DNA of 64,000 nt from Paragordius varius (Eukaryota; Animalia; Nematomorpha). Positions 1 to 14,215 of the stretch are shown here, one piece after another. The stretch is taken from the NCBI GenBank assembly GCA_964247055.1, contig OZ176054.1, positions 10,354,001 to 10,418,000 on the forward strand, in the 5' to 3' direction. Made by a program: the position numbers and the translations under genes. Below the pieces are notes generated by a model. That model was given only the letters and a program-made list of their open reading frames with translations. It did no database searches and had not been told where the DNA came from. Each line of letters begins with the position of its first letter. The first letter of the stretch is position 1.

Positions 1-158
1 ATCCAAAACAAGCTCAAATAATACATGGATTTAAATAAGTTTGGTTTTACAAAAATTTGTTTTTTTTATTTTCGTCATTTTGCACTCAACTAGGTGTAAA
101 ATCATATATAAAAATCTAAAAAATAATCATAATATTTCATATATTTTTATATGTACAG

Positions 159-2622
159 ATTTTGTGCTAAAACCCGTCACTGAACACGATATACCAGATT
201 TGTTGGTTGAAAGATTGCGTGAAGAACAGTATATAACAGAATTTTGGCTAAAAATATAAATATTTTTTATATTATTTCAAATTTAATAACCTTAAACATT
301 TAAAAACTAACTACCTTTAAACATTTTAATTTCACCTTGGATTAATTTAGGTTTTGTTATTATAATAAAAACAGACAGAAATGATAAACTTCACGGGTTA
401 TATATTATAAGATAAAATTGAAAATTTTTATTAACTTTCAAAAAAATTTTAATTTTCATAATTTTTTTAATTTATTGCGTTTTAGGAGAATTGATATCAT
501 AAAACGACGTGAGAAAAAAGAAGCCCATTTATATTATAACATTGATGTAAGTTATACATTTACATATATATATATATAAATATATATTTATTTACAATAA
601 AAATTGAAATTATACGGACAAAACGTAAAAATATAAAGACAAATATTTTTTTACAAAAGACCACTGTACTTTTTAATTCTTAGTTTTATTTTAAATATAA
701 CTCATTGTGTTTGAAATGGCAGTGTGATCTAAAGATATGAAATATATATTACTAAACATTCTATATATTACAATTGTAATTAAATAGCTTGCTCATATAT
801 AGAAAAAATTAAAGGTTCGAATATGTATAGTTGGTCGTCTTTTGTAAAAAAATATTTGTCATTATATTTTTTTCAAGATTTGTCCGTATAATATTAATTT
901 TTTATACCATTTATAGATTCTGTTGGATGATAATTTTTATGGATTTAGCGGACATGATCTCTTTGACATATCTAATCATATTAAAAGGTTTTTTTACACA
1001 TTATATATTTATAATTTTTACAAAAAAATTCTCAAATAAACTATTTGCACTACAAGGTGTCCCTTCAAGTTGGTCATTTAACCTTTTTGTTTTTTTTAAA
1101 CATTTATCAATCAAATCGTGTATTATTCATTTATTTTATCATTTTTTTATTTTTAACAAAAAAACCGTATATCTTTATCATTTTTTTAAAAATTATCATA
1201 TATTTATACTTTTAACATGTAATTAAAAAATAAAGTTTTCTGGGTTATTATTGACAATGTTTCGCTGAAAACATTTAATAGTTAATAATTTTGCAAATTG
1301 TAAAAATAGTTTGAAACAAAAAAGATTAAATAATTTTATTTTTAAAAAAATATATGTTATATATAAAGAAAATTAGGTTAAAAATAATAAAATATAAATA
1401 TACATGCAAAAATTATGGTTAAATTAAAAGGTAAAAAGAAACTTGAAGTGTTCAAGGACCAACTTGAAGTGCTAATGGTATATATATAAATATCCATTCT
1501 TTAATTTTTTATTTTTATGATATTAAGGACATTCAAATGTCGCCGTGATAGTTATTACAAAGATTTTTTGAAGGAACTGGCCAATTATCTCGTAAAAATA
1601 TTATTTTATAATTTAATTTTCGGAAAAAATATTTTATGATATGGTAATTTAGATATTTTTAGTAATTTTTATTTTGTTTTATAACATTTATATATATTTT
1701 CAATTATAAAATATATAATTGGAATTATTATTATAAAATAATATTATTATTTTTTAATACAATGAATGCCTTACGAAAAATAGTTTAAAATATCAATTTT
1801 TTGAAAAAAATTATATTTTTTATTTTATTTTTGTTTTGTAGATTTATTTTTTTATAAAAAAAATAAATTCTCATAGAAATTTGGCGTTGATCAGATTAGA
1901 GTGTGGCCGCTTTTTAAACGTTCTAATTCAACCATTAGATTTACTCAAGTTGATAGTTTACGTACGCATCAGCGGGTATATATATATATATATATATTAT
2001 GCATTTTAATTGATGCTTATTTCACACTATAGTAGGTCAATTAGCAACACAGGAGTGTATGGAAAAAAGAAAGCAAGTAATTGTTCATTCAACTTTTATT
2101 GTTTTTTCCATACACTCCTGTATTGAAAATTGTCCTATTAGAGTGTGAATTAAGAAACCATTAAAATATATATTGTATACATCAAAACATATTTTTCAAT
2201 GATTTTTTTGAAAAAAGATAACTTCGTTTAATGAAATTTTGAAGAAAGTATATTTTAGTTAAAATTTGCTAAAATCAAAAATAAATCGTGGATCTTTAAA
2301 ATTAAAGAAAAAACTTTAGTATGATATTAAAAGCTTTTCATCCCTTATGTAAAACAAATTCTCTGTTAATAATTATTTGATATTGAATTTTTGATCAAAT
2401 TTTGTTAAAATTTTAAATATAACCTTTGTTATTTTTTTTTCCTTATATGTTAAAATTAAAAAAATTACCCATTTTTTGTTATGTTGAAACCTTTAAAATT
2501 GTTGAGAAATAAAAACTTCCTATAGTTTGTTTTATAACATTTATATTTGTTAGGTGTTAAAAAACTTATTTTTTGCCTAAAAATCATCAAAAAATTGACA
2601 TTTTTTGAAAAATACCCTTTTA

Positions 2623-2662
<40 letters not shown>

Positions 2663-5600
2663 TAAATGAATTTGTTGGTGGAGACACATGGACAATATGG
2701 TTAGAAACTATTATACCTGATAGTGGGGTCGATGTTTTACCCCCTTTTGATAACACCTCCACATTTAGTATTTCTTATTATTTTTTTCTTTATAAATTTT
2801 TGTTTTTAAACTTATTTTACAGTTAAAGTAAAATTAAAAAGGCAAATATTTTAGGGAGAAAAAGCAACCAACCATATTCCTAATGTTAACGTTTTTTAAT
2901 CTACCCTATCGTCCATTGCGGAAATTAGGAATATAGCTATAAATTGTTAACAAAATTTATATAGGTTAATGTTTTAAAATAAATGTTTCTTTTCATGATG
3001 TCATATATATTTTATTTTATTATAATAATATACCTTAAAATTTATATATATGTTTATTTTCTTTGTATGCCCCAAAAAGTCTACTATTTTAAAAATAATT
3101 AGAGTGAAATAAATAACAATGATTTGCAGGTTATACATTGTGCTATACGTTAAATTTTGTAAAATGGTATCCTATAATCAAATATAAGATCAAATTTAAT
3201 AGAATCAAAACCTACCCCATTAATCCCTTTAAATGTTGTGATAAAATTTTTTTGTTCATAAATTTTAATGCTATTTACAATAATTTAACACTAAATTGTT
3301 AATTATTTCAACATCAATCAGATAAAAGTAAAAATAAGAGTATATATAATTATATAATTAAATTATTTTTTTTATAGATGTGTTAACAAAGATTTTTTGT
3401 TGTAAACCAAAATTTATATGCTATGATTAAATTTAATTATTAATTATAATTTAAAATAACTTTATATTTGCGTTTTTCCATCATCACTGTCAGCCTTGGG
3501 CAGGCGAGTTAAAGCATTCACAAGTCCGGATACAATTTAAGTCCTTACCCTTTAATAATAAAGAGATGAAAAGAAAGACTCTAAACTGTATTAATTTTTA
3601 AATATACCATTTACAATTCAATTTCACCCTTAAAAAATTCAAATTCGCCCTTAAACAATTCAAATTCACCCTTGAACAATTCAAATTCACCCTCGAACAA
3701 TTCAAATTCACCCTCAAATAAAATATATGTTTTTTAAGATTAAAAATTACCTATATATAATATATTTTTAAAAAAATAAAATTTTGTTTTAAATTAAAAT
3801 CAACCTTTATCAACCTTTAAGGGTTTTTTCTCCCAACAAGGAGGTAACCCTTCGGATAGATTTACGCCACGAGCATCGGTCCTGTGCATCATCAATTTTC
3901 AGGTTTAAAATAGCCAGATCGTTTTCCACAATAGAAAGCCAACTTTGTAATTGACGTCCTTTACGATTTCGCAAACTTGTAGAAAAATTGACCATCAGTG
4001 CGGTATAGCCAACTTTCATGTGGGCGTCGGTGAACATGTCCCGCAAATCTCAGATTATTTGTGCGCAAACAATCGATAAGCGGAGTCATTTGTAGGACAG
4101 TATATGGATCAAATTTATTATTGTAATTATAGAGGTTTGGGTTTGTAGCATAAAGTATAGTTTTTAGAATTCTCCTTTCCACTTGTTGTAACTTAAGTGA
4201 ATTTGTTTTGGTTAAAGCTATAGCTTCGGTTGCGTAAATTAGAACTGGTCGTATGGTGGTGGTGTACATAGTTGATTTGGATTTGAATGAGATGTATTTA
4301 TTGTTTATAATACTTTTGAGTTGGTGGTATTTTGACCAGGCGTTTTTTATACGGTTATTGATGGTTGGTTCAAGGCCCCCACCAGCGCTTATAATGTCAC
4401 CCAAATATGTGAAACTTTGTACTGTTTCAAAAGGTTCTTCATTACGTACACTTTGTGGAGGCTTAGTTGGGTTGGGCGTGGTGCAATTGCTGCATATAAA
4501 ATCATGATGTAATTTTAGCGATTTCAACTGAGAGCATTTTTTGTGGACCCATTTTTTACATTTGAGGCATTGGATTGCGTTGGTTTTGACTTCTTTATTA
4601 CATATTGAGCAGGGCCATTTAATGGGATTGTATTTATTATTATCGTTCATTAATTTTGTTTTTGATACATTTACCTTAAGTCCAAACATCTCTAGCCGTT
4701 CTTTCCACCTCGCAAGATTTGTCTTTAATTGCACTTCACTGTTTGCCATTAATACCAAGTCGTCGGCGTAAAGGATGTTGTATGGTAAGCCTTGCTCTAA
4801 GGGTTTAGAGATTTCATCCATAATAGTTATGAACAAGAACGGGCTTAAGAGCGAGCCTTGATGCAGCCCGGAGTTAATTGAGAGTGAGTCGGAGTGCCCT
4901 ACGCTTGTCGCCACCTGAGCTTTGCACTCGGTATATAATGCCATTATTAATATAACCATCTATTCGTCAATGCTTTTGTTTCGTAGGGCCCATGGGAGAG
5001 TTCGGGGTACCGAATCAAATGCCTTTTCAAGGTCGATAAAGGCATAAAATAAGGGGCTATTTCGAAGGTGTGCTTGTTGAAGTTGTCTTAAGATGAAAAT
5101 GGCGTCAGTGGTTCCTTTGTTGGGTAAGAAACCACTGCATTTCATTTATATCTATCCTATCTTTTAGCTTATTTAATAGAATAAGTTCAAAAAGTTTCAT
5201 ACCATGTTCGAGTAATTTTATTGGGCGATAGGAGTCAGGGTTAAGTCTGTCCCCTTTGCCCTTATATATGGGTATTAATAAGCTATTGTTCCATTCGATA
5301 TATATATAATTCGTTCGTTTAAACAGCTGTAAACTTTTAAATCTATTTGAACTTATTTTTTCCCCACCTTCTTCTTCTTCTTTTAAATTAAAATAATACT
5401 GAAAAAATAATAAACTATACCTTAAACATATATTTTATATTAATAATGAGTTATATCAGTTCGAAAACACATAATTTATTTTTAGGGTGAATTTGAATTG
5501 TTCAAAGGTAAATTTGAATTGTTCAAGGGTGAATTTGAGTTGTTCAAGTGTGAATTTAAAATGTGTATTTTTTTATATATATGTAAAATGTTATTTAAAT

Positions 5601-8600
5601 CTATTTTTTTACTCACATTTTTCTTTTGTGTCGTTTAGGTCAAGTCCTATTTTTCTTGAAATTTTATGATCCCAGGCTGCGTATGTTATACTATTGTGGA
5701 CACGTTTACGCCGATACCAATAAACCATTTAGTAATATTGATATATACATACATATATAATTTTTGATTGTTTTCGAATTTTTCAAAATTTTTATAATTA
5801 AAAATATGTATTTTCTAAAATAGAAAATTAAATGTATATAATTGTAATAAAGTTTTCTTATGATAGCTTTTTTAAGAAACATTGTATTTTAAATTCATCA
5901 AAGTGAATAATTATTGGAGTGTTGTTTAATTTTAAAAAAAGATTTTTGACCAGAATCGATTATTTGTTTGCTCTAAAATATCGAATGTCAAAAGCTTTAA
6001 GCTTACGATCGTAATATCAAACATATTATTTAAGTTTCAACTTTTGAGGAAATGTTGTTGAAAAAAAATTCTAACCTTAGTTATAATTATTAAATTTTCA
6101 CAATATATTACAGGTTAATTTTTATCATTTTATTTGTTAGGTCAAATTGATAATATTGCGCGAAAACGAGCCGGGTTATCTGATACTGCTACCTTTTTAT
6201 ACTATGAAGTATATATATATTTTCTAAAAAAAACTAAAAAATTTTAATAACCTTCAATATATAAACCAGATTAACAATAAAATCAAAATTTTAACGTAAA
6301 ATTTAAGGTAAGTGATTTGTTAACTCTTTTTAAAAAATACCTAGCTTTATACCATTTACCGTTCAACAAGCTCGAACAATATAACGCCCTATAACAATAA
6401 TAATCTTCTGTTTTCCAAAAACTACCTATATTATTTTATATTTTTAATAATTAGAATTTTGATCAATTTGAACATAATATTGAAAAAATAATAGGAATTA
6501 ATATATATTAATTATGAGTTATATCGATCCCAAAACACATAATTTATTTTTAAGGTTCGAATTGTTTAAGGGTATATTTTAATTGTTCGAGGGGCAATCT
6601 AAAAGTAAATTGTATAGTGTTAATAAGGACAAACTATTCGGTTAGAATTGGTGACTGCTATAGATATGACTAATATAAAAACAATTCAACACATGTTTTC
6701 CCATGTTTAAAATAATTAAAAATTGATTTAAATTTTTTTAATAATTGGTAAATAATTATTTTTAATTATATTTATTATAACACTATAGAAAAGCAATTTT
6801 ATTGGTTAATTTTGTTAAATTTTAGCGAGACCTTTTCAATTACTTTTATGAAAAAATTCGAGTCGCTATGACTTTGTTAATGTTGTAAGCCTTCAGTCTA
6901 TGATTATTATCTTTTGGGTAGTTTAAGACTTTAACTATTTTTTTGCTTCCACTATTAATAATTAAGTATTTTCATTCATTTTAACACGATTTTCGTTCTA
7001 CAAAGATGCATATATAAAGAATAATTTTTTTTTGGCAAAAATCATATTTTTTCCTATTTTTCCTCCGATAATTATATGGTAAAAATTGAAAGTCAGACAA
7101 AAGCCAAATAAGCAATTTTTTTAAAAGGCAAAATTATTTTAATTATTCAAAATTTTGGGTCGCAAAATAAGATTTAGAGATGTAAATTGACTCTCAATTG
7201 TACATTTTATTTAAGTAAAATACACTAGTTAAAAACTAGGATTTTTTTAACAATGTATCCTTTTATTTTGATGGTTGTCTGTATAATATCAATTTTTAAA
7301 CAAAAAGGAATGCACACACCATAAATACAATTATTATTCTGCCCAATAATACTATTTATTATGATAATTTACATTTCAAATTTTACATTTTATCATAATT
7401 CTCAAATGATTTATAATTGTTTTACAGTGAAAACTATACAAAAAACGTGAAAATAAAAGATTATATATAACTTAAATGATTGAAGTTGTGATATATATTG
7501 AAAGTTTTTATTCCTTATTCACCAACCCAAAACTATACACCAGAGATTTTAAATATAAAATATTTACTATAAACAATATATAATAGTGGATACTTGGCAT
7601 TTTATCATTCTCAAAAACAATAAACGTTATTCTTTTTGATTTGATATACATCCGATATTTTATAATGTAAAATAATTTGATATACCTACCAATTATTTTA
7701 GTTTGACTTTTTTTTGTTTTTTGTTTTAAAAATTGTAAAGGAGGTCGATTTTAACCGAACGCACCCTATAACGGATTTGGATCGGCCTATTAATCGCGTT
7801 ATACAAGAGCTCATGCATGGCGATATAATTATATTCCAAGAAAATTTGGGGGATTCTGTGCTTAAACAGTTTCCCTTTCCAACACCCATACATTATTTCA
7901 AGTATTTCATTCATTAAATTATAAATTTATTTTAAATTTCATATCTTTTTACCGTGATTTAATGTTTATTGTAAAAAATTATATATAAAGTTTTGGAGTT
8001 TATTTAACAAAGTGATAAGGTCTTAATTTGTATGAGGAATTGTGAATACCCATACATTATTTCAAGTATTTTAAAATAGGCAAAAAATTATATTTTGTAT
8101 TACCGTGATTTAATCTTTAAATTTGAAAAATTATTGAGTTTAGAGTTTTTTAACAAAGGGATAAGGTCTTAATTTGTAGGTGTGATTACCCATACATTAA
8201 TTTAAGTATTTTAAAATAGGCAAAAAAAAATATATTTTGTATTACCGTGATCTTTAAATATAAAAAATTATTGAGTTTAGAGTTTTTAATCAAGAAATAA
8301 GGTCTTATTTTGTATGAGGAATCGATAATACCCATACATTATTTCAAGTATTTCAATAATTAAATTAAAAATTTATTTTAAATTTCATATTTTTTTTGTT
8401 ATTTAATGTTAAAATATGAAAAATTATAGAGTTTAGAGTTTTTTTAATGATAAGGTATTGAATTGTATGGGAAATTGTGAAAGCTATAACACTCGCTTCT
8501 ACCCAAGGTTGACAATAACTAAATGAGCTCTAATTTTTATTGTCATTTTTATGAAGTTATTTAATAATTATGATTTATATACAACGTCAATAAAGCAATA

Positions 8601-11600
8601 TTAACAGAAAAACTTTCAAAGGTGGCACCAATAATTTAAAAATAAAGTAATAAAGTTAGGTAACTTCTTGCGATCCTATTATGCGAAAAATTGGTTTTAA
8701 TATTATTATAATTTTTAAAAATCTCAATACTAAGTAATATCCCATAAAAAAAAATTTATATAAAAATTAATTGATTAAATTTATTTAAAACTAAATTATC
8801 CCCCATTATTTTTGATAGTTTAAATGGATAAAATAAAATATTTTTTACCATGTTTTGAAATGCAAAATTTTTAATTTACAAATTTATGATAATATTAATT
8901 CGAAATTTTTAATTTTCCATATTTTTTTATATATTATAGTGATATGAATAGTCACGTTGATATGCATTTCTGTGACAAAAATAAACCGAATGACCCTGGA
9001 TTTAAATTATCCCTCTCAACTATAATGCCATATCAGGAGGTTTTATTTTGATTTTTTAGTTTTTCATGAGAAAAAAAGTTTTTTTGATAATTTTATATTT
9101 TTTTGTTATTCATTTATACTTTTTAGGCCATTCAGTATGTCGCAAATTACTTGGGTGTTGATAAAAATTTGTTGCAATTCTTTTCGCTAAATCCGTAAGT
9201 ATTCCTTTATGTTCATTATATATATATATATATATATCTATATAGTTAAAATTTCATTTTTGCATAGGTTTTATGATGATTTAACTCAGCATTGTTTAAT
9301 TGATTTCACAGTTGCATTTTTAAATTGGAAAAAAAATCGACGGACCCTATTTTAAAAATATATAAACGAACATTCTTAAATAACTCGATAGTACACTTAA
9401 GCCATATTAAAAAAGGATAACAAAATGAAACATATATATCATATTTAAAGGTCTGATAAATAATTAATCTTTAGTATTTATATGATTTTAGCATAGAAGA
9501 TATTATGAATATTCTAAGTTAATTAGCACATGAATATCAAAAATCATATTTTGAGGGGAAAATAATTTAATTTAGATATCAATTTTAATTAAATTTCGGT
9601 AATAGACTATTTTAATTATTAATTTCTATTATTGTATTAATGATTTTTTTCATTTATTTTCGCGGTAAGAGTGCCCCTGGTCAAACTTTTTTTTAGAAAA
9701 AATGGCTTTTTATATTATTTTTTGACTCACATTATAAGTTCGCGGGCTAAAATATATATTCCTAAATTTTCAAACATAATAAATAACTAAATCTTTTGTG
9801 TACCATATTTTCAAAAACACAAACCTATTAATTTTATTTTATTATATATCATTACATTACCTTTTATAGATACCGTGATATGCCTCAATATCCTATCAAA
9901 TCAACGTTCGATGGCAAACTCGATGATATTTTTCACATTAAGGCACAATCCCAACATAGGATTTTTTATCAAATCGTAATATATCATCTATATTTAAAAC
10001 AATATTTTATTTTTATTAATCAATCGTTTTTAAAAAAAAAAAACACGGAAAAAATAATATATTTTCAATTAATTTTATATATTTTACCCATTTTTATGGT
10101 TGAATTTAAATTTGATCAATTATATGTTCTCTATAAGTGTAACACAAAGTTAAGAAAAATAAACCAAATTTAAATTAAACACAAAAATTTATAATTAAGA
10201 AAAATATATTTCTTTAATTTACCAAGTAATCGACACTAAAAACTATTTTTTTTTATAAAATAAGTGTTGATATTAAATGGCAAAAATTCTTTAATATTGA
10301 ATCAGACCAAAAATCTAAAATTATACTGTCAAGATATAAAATTTTCTCTTTCCCAAAAAAATTAATTTTTTTGTTTAAAATAGGTAACTACTTAAAAATC
10401 ATATTTACAAAATTGTGTAAAACATGCTCATAGTTTAACTATTTTTTATAAATTTTAATTTTTTCCACCCTAGCTAAGTATCCCATTGGATGAATTGGAG
10501 AATAAAATTCAATACAAGTGCACTTGGGTACCCCGTTATTACAAGGAGGAAAAAGAGCTCGTACTATATCTCAATAAATCTGCAGCAACTGTTCAAGACT
10601 TACTCATTGAAGCACGCAAAAAATTATTGGCTTTATATGGTAATGAAAAATTAAATTTGAATTATGAAATAAAACATGAAATTAAAGGCAAAAGAATGGT
10701 TTTTATTTGATTTTGTAAAATAACCTATGGTTTTTGTGTTTCCTCATAAATAAGGCATGGAGAATAATTAGATATTCCTAAATTTCCCAACTAAATAACA
10801 TCGAGGGATATTATCAATACAAACAAAACATTTTTAGGCAGACTAATTTTTATATCGAGAAAAACGTGATCTTTGATTTAATTCGATTTAATCCTATAGC
10901 TTTGGGGTTGTGAAATATGGAATTCATGTTTGAATTGCTAACAAACTCAATTTTTTGTTTTACGATCATTGGGATCCTATAAAATTAATATTATAAAGTC
11001 AATACATAAAAAGTAAAAAATTTTGTGTTTTACGATGATTGTCCAAATTAATCTTATAAAGTCAATACATAAAAAGTAAAAGATAGACAAATATTACAAA
11101 AAGCTCAATTTTTGGTATAAAGTTATTTTTTTTAAGAAATAGCCGAAAAGTATTATTATTCTCTTTTTTTTAAAATATAGCTAGTACTAGCTATCTAATT
11201 TGGATGGTTTTATTAATATTTATTTTCTAAAAAAATGTTCAATAATTTATTTATACTTTCTCCCAATAATTATGTTTACTGGCTTATTCACATATTAGTT
11301 AGTCACTTGACAACACACAGTAGCGTATGCAAAAAACAACAAAATATTAATTTTAATCATTTTTTTCCTATATCCTGTATTTTATAATATGGACAAAAAT
11401 TGTTTTATAACAAACGCAACTGTATATCAAATTAACTAACAAGTAAATGTGAATAATCCAGTATATATGAGCCTACTGTAATTATCATATTTTTACGTTT
11501 TTTTTTCAAAGGTATATCAGGAAAGTCAATACATAAAAAGTAAAAGATAGACAAATATTACAAAAAGCTCAATTTTTGGTATAAAGTTATTTTTTTTAAG

Positions 11601-14168
11601 AAATAGCCGAAAAGTATTATTATTCTCTTTTTTTTAAAATATAGCTAGTACTAGCTATCTAATTTGGATGGTTTTATTAATATTTATTTTCTAAAAAAAT
11701 GTTCAATAATTTATTTATACTTTCTCCCAATAATTATGTTTACTGGCTTATTCACATATTAGTTAGTCACTTGACAACACACAGTAGCGTATGCAAAAAA
11801 CAACAAAATATTAATTTTAATCATTTTTTTCCTATATCCTGTATTTTATAATATGGACAAAAATTGTTTTATAACAAACGCAACTGTATATCAAATTAAC
11901 TAACAAGTAAATGTGAATAATCCAGTATATATGAGCCTACTGTAATTATCATATTTTTACGTTTTTTTTTCAAAGGTATATCAGGGGGAAATGCAAGTCC
12001 GAACCCACGTAATGTGCATACTGAAACACTTCGAGATAGTCAACAGGCTTTATGGTCAAATAGTACCAGCAATATTCACAACACTAATAATAATAACCCA
12101 AATATAACTCAATTCCATGAAGCTTTTGAAAGTATTAACCCGGCTTTGCAACTTAATTTAAGGTTAATTTTAATTAGTTTGTTGTATAAAATATTAAAAT
12201 AATAAAATGTTATAGATATTGATCCTTTTTTAATTATATAAATCAAAAATATCATACAATATTTTTTAAACTCAAAATATTACTATTAATATACAGTAAA
12301 TTATTATAAAGACAAAACATATATATTTTTATATGTTACTATTTTATATTTTTGTATAAATTATTAGCGACGTAATTTAAATCAAAATTAATCTTCAACA
12401 ATCCAAAATCACTCTAATATATAAATATATATATATATATTAAAAAAATAAAAATTCATACAAAATTAACATGGAAAAAAATTAATAAACTATCTCATAT
12501 AAAAAAACGTTTCATATAAATGATCAGTTATATTAGCCCAAAAACACGATTTATTTTTAGGGTCAAATTGAAATGTTCAGGTTAAATTGAATAATTCGAG
12601 GGTTTAACTTATAAGCTGTTATGGATATATTAATGATTACCAATTTAAATTTTCATCTTCATTTTTCCCAACACGAAAGTCTTTTTTAGATTGAAAACCG
12701 GTCTTAATATACATACAGTATGGATTTTAATGGTAGCTTATTTCACAGACTATAGTTGAGCAATTTGCAACACAAAAGTGTATGGAACTAACAACAAAAT
12801 GTTGAGCAAATAATTTTTCCCTCTTTTTTTCCATACACTACTGTGTATTGCAAATTGCCCAACGGTATAGTGTTAAATAAGCAACCATTAAAATGGATAT
12901 TGTAATATCTTTTTATAATATTTTTTTTTACTTTTTATGTCATACATATCATTGATGTAATTTTATTTATTATAAAATAATAATGCTAATAATTACATTT
13001 AGATTGGTTGAAATGCAAAATTTTAAAATTGCTGCAATATTTAAACCGGAGGCTAAATTGGATACATTAGCCTTTAACACGGCATCCACACAATATCTTA
13101 TTTCATCCTTAAGTAATAACAAAACTTTTTCATTTATATATAAAATGTTGTTTTTGATTAATCGATAGTTTAAAATGTTTTATTCAATCAAGAAAACAAT
13201 AATTTTATTTAGAATATATCGATAGTAATGTAGGCAAAATAATTATAAGATTATCCATAAGATATTAAAGAAATAAATTATACAACATGTTAAAATGAAT
13301 TTGTCAATGCTTAGATTTGATAATTTTATACATATTTTTTATAACGACGCGCTATTAATTTAATACATAGCTATTCACCAGAATTGTGCTACTTTTTAAT
13401 TTTGATTAAATAACTTTTTTTCTTAAATATATTAACATGTGTTTAGTAAATGAATTTATTATATTATTTTTAAGGTAATTCCCAGCTAAATAGTTTATCA
13501 AGCATAAGTTCTACCGGCCCATTAAGCAATCTAAGCGGCAATATTAATACTCCGGGGACAGGCACTGTAATCCAACATAATTCTGTCATACTCAATAATT
13601 TACGGATTGAGGAAGTACCTGTGGATCAAATCGAACTTTCAATCAATCCCAGCACCGGCATCAATGTTCAAATAGGAAATAGCGAAGAAACTTTAATCCC
13701 ATGTGCCCATTTTTATCGAGTAAGTTAGCAAATTTTATAGCTTTATGAGTGTGAATACCGAAAAAATGTTTTTTGGGCATTGAAAACAATCCATATTTGT
13801 TTTGATTATAATAGCAATAAAAAAATTGGGGGTTGTTTTATATAAATCGTTTTTGATGGAACACATTGTTTTTGTTGAATGATATTTTGTAAATAGTTTT
13901 TTTTCATTAAAAATGTCATCGCATAATGTAAAGTATAATGTTTTAATGCAAAGGGTATAACTAATTTTTTAAAGATGATTGATATACAAGTATGCGGAAG
14001 TATACATTACTAAAAAGTTATTAATTATTGCCAAGTGCATATAAAACAAAGGAGCCAGTATTATTGGCATATAGTTAATTTTTTCTATTTTTTACTATTA
14101 TTAGCCAATAAAAATTTTCTTTGCTGCATATGCTATTTGGCAATAATTAATAACTTTTTAGCATTATA

Positions 14169-14215
<47 letters not shown>

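Noticed and set aside
831-1226. 131-aa ORF from the track
   Set aside because: Out of frame with USP7 exon 3 and mostly intronic F/I/K-rich low-complexity sequence.
1415-1477. Apparent USP7 exon (MVKLKGKKKLEVFKDQLEVLM)
   Set aside because: No phase-compatible acceptor. It is the arm of an inverted repeat (CTTCAAGTTGGTC at ~1073 / GACCAACTTGAAG at ~1457), and exon 1528-1591 fits instead.
3610-3716. 21-bp direct repeats as a CRISPR array
   Set aside because: Repeats are contiguous with no spacers, occur as inverted subterminal arrays of a MITE, and no cas genes are present in a eukaryotic context.
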